From positions 698,422 to 762,421 of the forward strand of contig NC_092678.1 in NCBI RefSeq assembly GCF_964355755.1: a DNA stretch of 64,000 bases, written 5' to 3'. Within the stretch, counting starts at the first letter, position 1; every line of letters starts with the position of its first letter. This document shows, one piece after another, positions 35,901 through 48,100 of the stretch. Both the position numbers and the translations under genes were made by a program. This stretch comes from Antedon mediterranea (Eukaryota > Animalia > Echinodermata). The notes beneath the pieces are model-generated. The model was not told the DNA's origin and ran no database searches. It was given only the letters and a program-made list of their open reading frames with translations.

Positions 35901-38900
35901 TTTGTGGTCAAACACAGTAAAATAATGTACATGGTTTGAAGTTATTTTTGTTTGTTCAGAGTTTTAAATTCACATAAAAATACAAAAATGAGTTAAAATT
36001 TGGTAAAATACAAATAAAACACATCATTTCAAATACAGACAAAATACATAATTTAAAATACAAAATACAAGCAAGATTGGTGTGTGAAGAGGGTATAGCA
36101 TAAAATGATCAATGTTTTCATCACTTTTCCTATAATAAATAATAACCTATTCAACTATATTTGTCGAATAACTAAAGAATAAAAGCATTGTGTTACTAGA
36201 AACGTCTCTCATGTATTAAAGAATATTACATGGTGGCAACGGTAGGATTGAAATATATAATAAAGTCAATCGATAAGCTATACTAGGCTAGAAGAATAAA
36301 TAGGCTAGCGTACACGCCGCCGCACGAATAGATTAGTAAAACGTGTTGTTGAGAGTACACACGTGCGGAGAGAACTGAATTGGATTTTGTATTCGGATAG
36401 CAGAAGGCAAAAAATAGCTCATACACATTTTGTTACCACTGTATACAACAACTGACAATATTAAAAATTAATATTGATCATGGCGAACCTAAATCAGCCA
36501 GAACCATTAAATATATCGACAGGCAACATATCAGAGAATTGGAAGAGATTCAAACAGAGATTTGAACTATATAACATTGCCAGTGGAATGTCACGAAAAC
36601 CAAGTGAAACGCAAACGTCATTACTACTCCATACCATTGGGCAACAAGGCTTAGATGTATATAACGCATTTAAATTTGAAAATGAAGCTGAGAAGATGAG
36701 ATTAAACACAGTTATGCACAAATTTGAGGAATATTGCAACCCCAAGAAACACATTACATTTGAACGACACACTTTCTTTTCACGAAACCAGATACCAGGT
36801 GAGAAGATAGACCAATATGTGACCGACCTAAAGAACAAGAGCAAGACATGTGAGTTTGGTGAAATTGAGGAATCCCTCATCAGGGATAGAATTGTTTGTG
36901 GACTATTGGACAATCAATTGCGTGAACGATTGCTTAGAGAAGATGATTTAAATTTAGATAAGTGCATGAAAATATGTAAGGCATCAGAAGCGTCGAGAAA
37001 CTTAGGGAAAGAGCTCAAAGCTGATCACCAAGTAGCGGTAGATCAATTAGGTATGTCTAATAATTATAAACACGATAGAACCAAAGATAGAGATAAAAGT
37101 AAACCATGCTCAAGATGCACTAGATCACATGAATATGGTAAATGTCCAGCTTTTGGCATGTCCTGCAATAATTGTGGTAGGAAAAATCATTTTAGTAGAG
37201 CATGTAGGTCAAAACGTAATGACAAACAAAAGGGCAAATATATAAATGCACCTAACAGAAGTAAGAGAAACGTGCATGGTATAAACAAAAGCAATGATAG
37301 CGATTGCGACAGTGAAGATGAATCTAATATTACATTTGAAGCAATTAAAATAAGCCAGATAAACGCTAAAGATGGTGACACAGAAGTGTTCACAAATGTC
37401 AAAATTGAAATAAACCGTAACAAACCAACTTTTCTGAAAGTAAAAGTAGATACAGGTGCAGAGGGTAATATATTACCACTGAGAATGTTTTGAGCTATGT
37501 TTCCTAAAAACATGAGCAATAATGTACCTAATGATAGATATGTTAACAAATCTAATGTAAAAGTCACAGCGTATAACGGAGCACAAATCAAACATTATGG
37601 TTACATACACATCCCATGTTACTTCAATAACTTACACACAAATGCAAAGTTTTATATTGCAGAGGTACAGGGACCAGCTATAATGGGACTACCGACGCTA
37701 AAGACTCTGAAGATAATACAGATAAACTGTGCAGTCGAAGTAAATGACAAAATCAAGGATGTAGAGGACATAAAAAGACTCTATCCAGACAGATTTGAAG
37801 GCATTGGCAAGTTTGAGGGTACGTACAAAATAGTTATAGACGAAACGGTACCACCTGTCATACACGCACCAAGGTCATGTCCATTAGCGATAAAAAATGA
37901 CATAAAGGCTGAATTGGATGAAATGATGAGATTAAATGTCATACAGAAAGTAGAGAAACCAGTGGATTGGGTTTCAAGTTTGGCCTACTCACAGAAACCA
38001 AATGGGAGATGGCGGATATGTTTAGATCCTAAGGACTTAAACAAAGCTATAAAACGCACATACCATCACACACCAACCCTAGATGAGATAACACATAAAT
38101 TTAGTGGGGCAAAGTTTTTCTCTAAACTAGATGCACGACATGGATATTGGTCCATAAGACTTGACAAAGAATCCAGTTATCTTACCACATTTAACACTCC
38201 AGGGTTTGGAAGATTCAGATTCCTAAGATTACCATTTGGACTGAATGTCAGCCAAGACGTTTTTCAACATGAGATGGATCAAATATTGGAGAAATGCATC
38301 GGAGCCACAGGCATCGCAGATGACGTTGCTGTATTTGGGAAAACAGAAGAAGAACATGATCGAAACTTAATGGACCTGATGGAAACCGCTAGAGAATATG
38401 GGCTTGTATTCAATGCAGAGAAATGTGAAATAAAGCGACCGCAAATAAATTTCTTTGGTATGATATATGATAAAGATGGAGTACATGCTGACCCAAAGCG
38501 CATTGAAGCCATCAGCAAAATAAAACCACCAACGAATGTTAAAGAGTTACAAAGTTTCCTAGGCATCGCCACGTATATGAGTCCCTTCTGTCCCAAGCTG
38601 TCAGACAAAACAGCACCCCTCTGAGAACTTCTGAAAAAAGATAATGTATTTGAATGGAATGGCTCACAACTAAAAGCATTCGAAGAGATAAAGTCAACAA
38701 TATGTAACCAGACAACACTGACCTATTTCCAACCTAACAAAAAGTTGAAACTACAAGTGGATGCATCCCTGATTGGAGTGGGAGCAGCACTCATACAAGA
38801 CGAAAAAGTTGTTGCGTTTACATCAAAGGCATTAACAGAAGCGGAACAAAGATATGCGAACATTGAAAGAGAACTACTGGCGGTAGTGTACGCAGTAGAG

Positions 38901-41474
38901 AAGTTCCACACATATGTGTATGGAAACTCATTCATTGTGGAATCGGACCACAAACCGTTAGAGATGATCCAACTAAAAAATCTAATGTGTGCACCACCAA
39001 GACTACAAAGACTACTAATGAGACTACAAGGATATGATCTGACAATCAAGTATAAACCAGGCAAAGAAATGGTCCTGGCAGATGCCATGTCTAGATTAAA
39101 CCCTATAAATGACAGCCAAATTGAAGAAGAAGTAAAGATACAACTGTCATATTTCTCAGAGTCCAAAGAAGAAGAAATAAGGCAGAAGACCAAGGAAGAC
39201 CCAACTCTCATAAAATTGGGAAGTATAATACAGCAAGGCTGGCCAGACAAACTAAAATCTGTACATAAGACAATAAGACCATACTTCCCATACAGGGATG
39301 AACTCACAACAGAGAACGGAATAATACTAAAGGGTAACAGAGTAGTGATCCCAGAAGTCATGAGACAGGACATCCTAAAACAACTACACACATCCCACTT
39401 AGGCATAACCAAGTGTCAACTGATGGCTAAAACATCAATCCATTGGCCCAGTATTAATGAGGAAATAGAAAACATGATAAAAGCATGCCCATCATGCCAA
39501 CAACACAAACACAAACAACAACATGAACCAATGTTGAAGAGAAAAATCCCTACCAAAGAATGGGAAATACTCGCAGCTGACCTATTCTACATAAATAGAG
39601 TAGAAAATAGAATACCTCCTAATAGCAGATTATTACACCAAATATCCAATCATAAGAAAAATACCGGCAGACCAATCAAACAGTGAAACAGTTATATCGA
39701 TAATAAAAAATGTCTTCTCAGAGTTTGGGATGGTTCAAGAATTGATTACCGACAACGGACCACACTTCAACAGTGAACAATTCAAACAGTTTAGCAAAGA
39801 TTGGAAATTCATACACACAACCACAAGTCCTCACCACCATGAAGGAAATGGATTCATCGAACGAATGGTTCAAACAGTGAAGTCAACCATCATCAAAGCT
39901 CAGCACAACAACACAGATGTTGATAAAGTTTTACTATACATGCGAGCAACTCCAGTCGACTCAAAACTTGCCTCACCCGGAATGATGATATTTCACAGAG
40001 GACTAAAAACAGAACTTCCAACAAACAATGAAAAAATGCCAACCAGAAAAGAAATAAGAAATCGACTAAAAAACCGACAAGACAAACAGAAGCAATATCA
40101 TGATGAAAATACAAAACCACTTCAACCAATAAAGAGAGGAGAAAGCGTGAGAATCAGACACTCTGACAAAAACCCACAGTGGATCCCAGCGAAGATACTA
40201 AACAAAACAAGTCCACATTCGTACAGAGAGAAAACCAGAAAACACTAAGAAGAAACCGAACACACATTCGCAAAACAAACGAACACTTTACACACATAAT
40301 ACTAGAAACACCACTTACTCATTACAAGACTATAGAACACAAACCATCATCATGCTCTAGCAGTGGCAGAAAAATTAAGAAACCAAATAGATTAGATTTG
40401 TAAATAAAACTTATAATTGTTTTATTATGATTGTAATATGATTGATAAATGAGACCCACAGTTTAATTATATTTGTACACCATTATGAGTAATTAAAGAA
40501 GAGGGATGTTATATGATGGCACCATATATTATGATGTCGCCCTCTATAGTATGTAGGATACCCATAAGGGAACAGACCTCTAAAACATGGCTTCAGTATA
40601 GAAGACCTCACGAATGATTGTGATAACAATGATGTCGAATAACTAAAGAATAAAAGCATTGTGTTACTAGAAACGTCTCTCATGTATTAAATTTAATTAC
40701 ATATTCAACCTATTCACACAATAATAAATATATATTGTATAAAAGTCATCCCCAACAAATTAACAAATACAATTAAAAATACAAAATTTTTTCTAATTTT
40801 GAATCACCGAGGTCCATAAAATATTATCTCTTTGTTTAGCCCTATCCAGCCTTCCTAGGTTTGATAGTAGGCCTATTGTACTGTAATAATAATATAATGA
40901 AAAGAAATTTTTAAATTCTATTCTGTTTGTTTACTCAGGGAATAATTTCGCCAGTGTAGCATAGCAAAAAGCTATACAAAACAACCTTCTTGCTACACAT
41001 TTCTACAATTGTGTAGCAAAAAATACGATAGAAAACTATGATTTTCGACTAAAAATTCAGTTTGATTCGCAATATTGCTAAACAAAATGTTAAAATGAAA
41101 TTTTTCCCTGTTACTTTTGATAAATCTTAAACTCACAAAACAGTAACTAGCCTAGGCGAATTTAATTTATTAAATGCATATAGGACCCATGCAAATTCAT
41201 GTCTAAAACATCCATTGCAGTACAGTATAGACAAGTATTGCTAGGCCTGCTACTTACTGAAAATGTGAGCAACGGCTGTTGCCAAACTGGAGGCTGCTCC
41301 GACTACACCAAGACCAACTTCTAGTGCGTCTGCAAAATCGGTCAGGAAAATCCCGAAAGACAAAGTTGAACCGTCAGTCAAAACCATAATAAGATACGCA
41401 GCGCTAACAATTGAAACGGTCCGCATGACGGATGCTTGTTTCGCAAAAGTCTCAGACATCTTATCTTCATTCAT
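32947..41474 (-). CDS. SLC16/monocarboxylate-transporter-like MFS protein, paralog A (440 aa as assembled)
   Basis: Exons 41474-41258, 35752-35609, 34743-33919 and 33083-32947, GT-AG and in frame (1323 nt). Motifs DG..LSFGIF, P...SKIGYRKTVMIG, YGWRGS, SAREIVG..NF.KALG and GWIYDTTGSYNVAFF are typical of SLC16. Confidence 0.9.
33158..33758. repeat. 24-26-bp minisatellite in intron 3 of SLC16 paralog A
   Basis: Unit ATGGCAGTCA(C/G)AGAGAG(AG)CA(C/T)CACC. Confidence 0.95.
35181..35426. repeat. 27-bp minisatellite, 9 copies
   Basis: Unit ATTAATGAGCATCTAGATGGTGGACAC. Confidence 0.95.
36162..40701 (+). mobile_element. Ty3/Gypsy LTR retrotransposon (Mag-like), decayed, antisense within intron 1 of SLC16 paralog A
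   Basis: 3' LTR at 40507-40701 (TG...CA) follows a PPT AAAGAAGAGGGA. The 5' LTR remnant at 36162-36230 matches the last 69 bp of the 3' LTR. PBS TGGTGGCAACGGTAGGATT resembles the complement of a tRNA-Leu 3' end. TATT flanks both ends. Domain order is gag, PR, RT, RH, IN. Confidence 0.95.
36480..40403 (+). pseudogene. Gypsy gag-pol, disrupted
   Basis: Gag with two Zn knuckles (CSRCTRSHEYGKC, CNNCGRKNHFSRAC), protease VDTGA, RT LDARHGYW...LPFGL...IADDV, RNase H VDAS...YANIERELLA...SDHKPL and integrase HHCC plus TDNGPHF...ERMVQTVK. In-frame TGA at 37491-37493 and 38622-38624, and a frameshift near 39600. Confidence 0.92.
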
Positions 41475-42862
41475 AAAATTAGCGTACAGTAAAAAAAAAC
41501 ATTAATATACCCGTTGCAGGCCATATTGCAGATCCACAACCAAATCAAACATGTACTTCGTACTGCTGCAGCACTAAAAGTGAAAATGACAGCGTTTTTT
41601 ATCTATTGGTGGTAGTCACGCTTGATTGATTCGGACAGCGCCACCAATCATGCATAGGCGCTGAAAGTGTCATAAAACAAAAAGAGCGTTATTACTGGCT
41701 ACTATAAACTGCTAAGTGGTCATTTATATGAGAGCGACTAAAGGATTTTTTAAAGCAGAACGTTAGATAGTAACGTACAATAGAATAAAAGCTCAAAACG
41801 CGTCCATGCGTGTCTTTCCTCGCGTGCGATGTAGGGCGGGTAACTATGAATTGAATTGAATGCAATCACTACACACCCCCACAACGCGAGCATAAGTAAT
41901 GTATTTTACAGCCTTGATTCGAACAATATCCACATAATCCATTCTCGAAAGAGTCTACAAAAACAGTACGTTTTCAGTTTTTAACATGACAAATCGCAGA
42001 CATTTACAAAAACATATTATAAATGCCCTTCTTAACATCTCAAATGGAAAAATTAGCACTGTGGTCATGTTACAAGTGTTGTCAAAAAAATATAGATTAT
42101 CTGAAAAATCTCCAGAAAGTAGGAATTACCTTTTGTAATTTTTCCACTGACTGTTAATAACTTATCCACTAATTTTGTTATCATTCTTGCTACTATATAA
42201 GCTAAATCAACTGTTATCTCTGAAAAAAGACTGAAAACTAAATGATTTAAACTTTATTTCGATTTATTCAAAATGCCTCCATGAACAAATACAAAAAGCA
42301 AATCAAGAAACAATAATAATAATTCTTAGAAAGTTTCAGTAAAGATAAAAGTTAAAATGTTCATTATTTTAAAAAGTTTATAGAATATTGTAACGGTATT
42401 ACAGACGCAGTGGTATCGTAATTGCATTCAATACTCACCTTTTACGATACTACTATGATTATTAATGATATAAGTTGCACCATGGAAAATTATCCATGTT
42501 CCAACTTGCACTTAACTTAATCTTATCTATCCGGGTGTTCTTATTGATTCCACGTTTAAAATCAATCAATTTCTTTTATTTCGGAAATATTTCATCCATA
42601 TCAACAAACTTTCAGTGAAATAAAAGAATAATTTTGAATGTGCTTGAAAAAAACAGGATGTTGTAGCTTTCTTGTTTTTAACCACGGTGGTCTCCATTAT
42701 TCAACCTAATAACTTAATGATTATTTTGCTTTATTGAATTATTAAAAAACATTAACCTTTGACCTAATGACTAATACACATGTTAATGTTTAAAAAAATC
42801 ATTGTACATAGAAATAGAGAGTGTCACATTTAATTTGCTTTGGAATCACATAATGTGCTGCA

Positions 42863-43367
42863 AACTTTACTAGTGTTTACTTGCCATGTAAACCTTTACT
42901 AGTGTTTACTTGCCATGTAAACCTTTACTAGTGTTTACTTGCCATGTAAACCTTTACTAGTGTTTACTTGCCATGTAAACCTTTACTAGTGTTTACTTGC
43001 CATGTAAACCTTTACTAGTGTTTACTTGCCATGTAAACCTTTACTAGTGTTTACTTGCCATGTAAACCTTTACTAGTGTTTACTTGCCATGTAAACCTTT
43101 ACTAGTGTTTACTTGCCATGTAAACCTTTACTAGTGTTTACTTGCCATGTAAACCTTTACTAGTGTTTACTTGCCATGTAAACCTTTACTAGTGTTTACT
43201 TGCCATGTAAACCTTTACTAGTGTTTACTTGCCATGTAAACCTTTACTAGTGTTTACTTGCCATGTAAACCTTTACTAGTGTTTACTTGCCATGTAAACC
43301 TTTACTAGTGTTTACTTGCCATGTAAACCTTTACTAGTGTTTACTTGCCATGTAAACCTTTACTAGT
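42863..43367. repeat. 29-bp minisatellite, about 17 near-identical copies
   Basis: Unit AACCTTTACTAGTGTTTACTTGCCATGTA. Confidence 0.97.
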
Positions 43368-43499
43368 ATTAAAACAATCATTTAAGGAGCGTTCAATTTT
43401 ACGATGTCCAACGACCAACCTAGGTCAGGACAATCGATATGTGTAGTCGGTGGTCACCTGGATTTAGAAACCATCAAACTGTGTTGAGGTGAGGAGAGG

Positions 43500-43665
43500 G
43501 AGGACTCGTCATCGTCAAAGCAAACTCTGATGAGAGCGTGGCTTCTCTTAGCATTCTGAAACCGTTTCCTGTCCTCTGTCATCCTACTTGCTTGCTTCAT
43601 AGAGCCAAACATATCTGTTATAATCTTCTCCCATTTGCATCTTGGTCTTCTTCTCCTCTTTCCTC
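43500..43665 (-). mobile_element. RTE-like LINE 3' fragment
   Basis: The minus strand translates to GKRRRRPRCKWEKIITDMFGSMKQASRMTEDRKRFQ, which resembles the GKRRRGRP..W...DR C-terminus of RTE-clade ORFs. Confidence 0.5.
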
Positions 43666-43789
43666 AAGGGAGGACACACGTCCCTATTATGCATGCGCAC
43701 AATGAATTAACATGACATTGTTTTGTCGTCGCAAAAACGAATGCCTTTTAATGAAACAAAATGCGTGGGATTCATTTACACAGGTTCAG

Positions 43790-44130
43790 GTTCAAGTGCT
43801 GACATTAAAATACAATGAAATACAAAATATATATAAGTAAAATAAATATAACAAGTACCGGTAGAAAGTTGTAATAAAGATACACTATACAAAATAGACT
43901 ACAGGGTGATTCAACATTTGTCATTGAAAGCACGGATGGAAAAAGGGACGAATGAATTTAGATATCTGTTAGTTCTACATAGTGTGCTACGTACTCGCTT
44001 TCCTGGCCTTAACCATACATAATGTTGGTGTAATGGATGTTTATCATTTAGTATACTGCCCCTTGTTTTTTCTAGGATTTTTGTGGTACATGTTACTAAG
44101 TTTATAGGCCTATAGTACTTTTTAACAAGA
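43790..44130 (-). mobile_element. Rex1/Babar-like LINE 3' fragment
   Basis: ILNDKHPLHQHYVWLRPGKRVRSTLCRTNRYLNSFVPFSIRAFN matches the HPLH...PSG.R.RS...TNR..NSF.P.AIR.LN C-terminal motif of Rex/Babar RTs. An AT-rich tail follows. Confidence 0.7.
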
Positions 44131-44380
44131 CGCATTAAATAACTCATCATTTGTATAGGTTGATAAAAGAAGCATATCTTGAGATAGCAGAAACATATTT
44201 GAAGGCCTGTCAAACCTGACGATCGGTTCTACTACAGTGTCACAACAAGCTAAGGTAACAAGACAACTTATCCTCAAGCCAACGCCTTGACTTTAAATTA
44301 AAACTACACAAAACATAATGTCTTTTTGTTTCTTTTTTCCAAACAGAAAACACTACAGTAATTGTTGGTAGAAAAATAAG

Positions 44381-44549
44381 TTAAATATGTATTGTCCCGG
44401 CCCCCAAAAACATGAAAAATGAAGATTAATTAAATCAGCCTTTTATATGATATTTTGTAGTTTTAATAAAGTTAATCACTTCAATAAAAAAAAAATCATG
44501 TTTTCACTTATAAAATGACAAAATTAATCTAAAATCCATTGGCTGGCAG
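44381..44549. mobile_element. Truncated copy of the Kolobok-like element at 48273-48577
   Basis: TTAAATATGTATTGTCCC...CCCCCAAAAACATGAAAAATGAAGATTAATTAAATC... is colinear with 48269-48433. Confidence 0.7.
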
Positions 44550-44557
44550 TACAAGTC

Positions 44558-44718
44558 AAGCCTGGTTCCCACTAGAGACGAAACGCAAGGACGTACGCAC
44601 AACGCAAGCGAGTTGACCAACGACAAGCGACTTTTCGAATAATCCATCGCTTGTGATTGGTCAAATCACATACGTTGAGTTACGTCCTTGTGTTGCGTCG
44701 CTAGTGGGAACCAAGCTT
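44558..44718. mobile_element. Palindromic MITE, GCTTGGTTCCCACTAG family
   Basis: AAGCCTGGTTCCCACTAGAGACG ... CGTCGCTAGTGGGAACCAAGCTT forms a near full-length hairpin. Confidence 0.85.
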
Positions 44719-45140
44719 AAGTAAAAGTAGCCAACGTCCAAGTACAAGTAAGTACAAGTAGCCCACGTCCACGTAGCCCACATCCACGTAGCTTACGTCA
44801 ACGTAGCCTACGTCAACGTAGCCTACGTCCACGATACAACAGACAAACGACAACTTACAAGTACGAATACATTATCCTTCATTTTATTTAATAAAAATCT
44901 CTTTAATGGATTACTTTATTATGACCTGGTTCAAGCTCACAACATTATTGTTATAACTTTACGTATAGGCCTATAATATTGTATTTGCAAACATGAATAC
45001 AATTATACTAAACATTGACGTCACGATGAAATATCTAACTCAATTTTCTCTAACTACTATCCTGGGCTATTTGCCCTGAGCTATGTTCACTCTATCGTAT
45101 CGTATAAATAGAGAACTGTATTAGGTTTTTATATTCGTCT

Positions 45141-48100
45141 TCACAAAACAGTACCAGTAATTGCCGAATCATGAGATACACTTATTGTTTCTGTTTTAAG
45201 TTTTATATTTCTATATTCGCTATTGTTACGTTTGAAATTGATGAACATTTGCGGTACCGTAAGAAAGAAGCATCCAAGGAAAAAGAACGAGCCCATGATG
45301 AAAAAAGCAATGTTGTAAGACCCAGTCAAGTCGTATACCAATCCTAAAAGAAAAGGAAATATGATAACTTGATATTATGATATCACAAAAGAGACGCCCT
45401 TTACGCAGCGCCACGCGTAAGTAGTTTGACCAATTACAAGCGATTGATCAAGCAAAACTGTTCTTTGTGATTGGTCACTGTTTCGTTGTTCCCGTCTGCG
45501 CTGTGTTTATAAGGTCCAGTTCACAGGACGGAGAGCAAATATTTGTGGTCATTGTCACAATGGAGTTAGTATGTGATTGTTCAAATCTGTTCGCTTTTGC
45601 GTTTCGTCCTAGCGTAGCCATGGTTCCCAGACACATGGCAATGACGTAAGCAAAACGCAAGCGTGTTGACTAATCACAAGCGACAGTTTGGATGATCCAT
45701 CGTTTGTGATTGGTCAAGTCACTTGTTGCGCGGCCGGTTACGTCCTTGCGTCAAAGTAGAAATCAGGCTTATGCTTGGTTTGGTTGCCACTAGAGACGCA
45801 ACGCAATGTAAGTGAGTTGACCAATAACAAACGATGGAATATTCGAATAGTCAACACGCTTGCGTTGAGTTTACGTACTTGCGTTGCGTCCTAGTGAGAA
45901 CCAAGTTTGAACATTGACGTCCGATATACGTACCTGCTAGAGAACCTCCAACAAGACCTGCAAAGCCAGTGCTCATCAGAAGTAGACCAACAGCTCTAGC
46001 AAAGTTCTCAACACCTACAATTTCTTTTGTAGAAAGAAAGATGAGAGGAACGCACGTACCCGTCGACATACCGATGATTAGCGTCACCGACGCAATAACT
46101 AAATACGATTTACAAAAAGAAAGCACAAATGTTGACACACCAGCTGTTAACAGTGCTATTGCGAACAGGTTTTTGGTTTTGATAAGTTTTAATTTAAGAG
46201 GAACTCCGTGAAGCATTCTGGATATGATGTTTCCAATACCATATATGGTCATGAGAAGCGTAGCATTTGATTCCGTGATTCCACTTTGTATTGCAGCCGC
46301 TACAAGATGATAGACTGTTCCAGCAAAGGCTAGCAACACTAAGTTAGCAACCACCATTAAAAATCCTAACATTGGATACAGAATTGGTAAACGTATTAAC
46401 TTAGTTGTCTGTTGCATGACGTAATCGTTTTTACTTTCTTCTTCACGTTCAGTGACGTTTGCATATTCATGGTCATTGGCTTCAAGATTTTCATGTTTTC
46501 TTTTCGATTGCTGCTGCATGTTCGGGTTGTTCCTGAAAACGATTAGGCTAATGACAGTTGCATTCACGACAAGAGCACCCATAATTAGTAGAGATCCTCG
46601 CCAGCCGAATATCCCTCTTAGGAAGTCGATGAGGACGGGAACAGATATCATGCCAACCGCTGTGCCAGCCGTCGTAACACCGTTTGCGATTGACACATGC
46701 TTGTCATCGCAAACTAAACACACAAACGAAAGAGTGTTGGAAAATACAAGAGAGATTCCACATCCTGTAAAATAAATAAAAATCAATATATTGCGCAATG
46801 GTCAGGTCAGAGGTCAGTGTAACAATGTAATCATTGTCGAACTAAATAAAATGTGTATAACAGATATATGATGGAGAGAACATCATTGTACAAGGCCTAC
46901 CCCAAGATGACAAACCCTAGATTTAGACCCCGTAACTTTCACGCCCACACGAAGATAAAACAAATCGAATCCATTAAGCCAATAATTACATTTAAGGAAA
47001 TACACAGCTACCTTGAACTACTAAAGCGCACTTGAAATACAGCATTAAACATAAAGTGCATGTGTTGATACACACGCATTTGGACACAACAACGTCAGCG
47101 AGTGGCCAATCAAAAGCAACAGTTCGAATCCTCCGCTTTTGATTGGCCAAATTACTTTCGCTGTGTGTACGTCGTTGCGCGTCCCCGTGGGAACAACCAC
47201 GCGTACAAGGCGTTCGCGTGTGACGTTGGATTTACCTGTGATTAAAGAGTGACTAATAAATAATTGCCAGGTTTCCTGTACTTGCGACGATAACACGAAT
47301 CCTATAGCAATTAACAACGTGCCTATCACGATTGTTTTTCTATAGCCGATTTTAGAAGCGACGTAGGCGCCTACGGGACCTGTAAGATACAATACATCAT
47401 TGTTACTTTGTGGGAAAACAACAGATAGAAAGTAATGCATGCATTTACTAAACACGATTGATGAATGCATGAATAGAATAGGAATTGAATGTATAAATAT
47501 AATTACGAATAAATTAATTGCAATAACAGAACAAAGAAATTACCGAATAAGCCATTACATTAGGCCTACTAGAGGTTGAACGGGCGAAACAAGTCCACCC
47601 TCTAGTAGGCTTAATAGTACTCTGTACACAACCTTAGTTTGGCGCAAGAAACAATATTTTCTGAGACCAATCTTTGACAATCAGTCACGTGATTAAATAT
47701 GTCAGTAAGGGAATACTGATATTGCTATATACACTTATTAACGCAAGTTTTCCTGAATGTGAAACGGTGGTGTGTGACGTGTTTAAATTAAACAAACCAT
47801 GGATCATACAACATTTTCACCTCGTGACATCAGTACAATTATAACAATAGGGCTACACATTTCACAAACAACAACTATTGCTCGAACACATCGTCGCGTA
47901 CTATTGTGTTTTTTGTTGTTTAGGTCCATGTTCAATCATAGAGATATTACTGCAGTGAACTAATACCTCTGTATCAACCTTAAAACAACTAGTCATCTCA
48001 GAACAAAATCCATTTAGGATGCCATGAAAGATGACGGTAGTCGCGCTGTTGGGTTGGGTTAAGCATGGTTTAAGACCGTTTTTTTGGTGTTTTTTTTCAG

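Noticed and set aside
37491-38624. Programmed readthrough or selenocysteine at the Gypsy TGA codons
   Set aside because: The stops fall inside the protease and RT-linker regions rather than at the gag-pol boundary, and the element also has a frameshift. Decay is the simpler explanation.
45969-46775. Plus-strand ORFs overlapping SLC16 exons (also at 33858, 34533, 53098, 53503 and 57311) and minus-strand ORFs within the Gypsy element
   Set aside because: They are antisense shadows of real coding exons.
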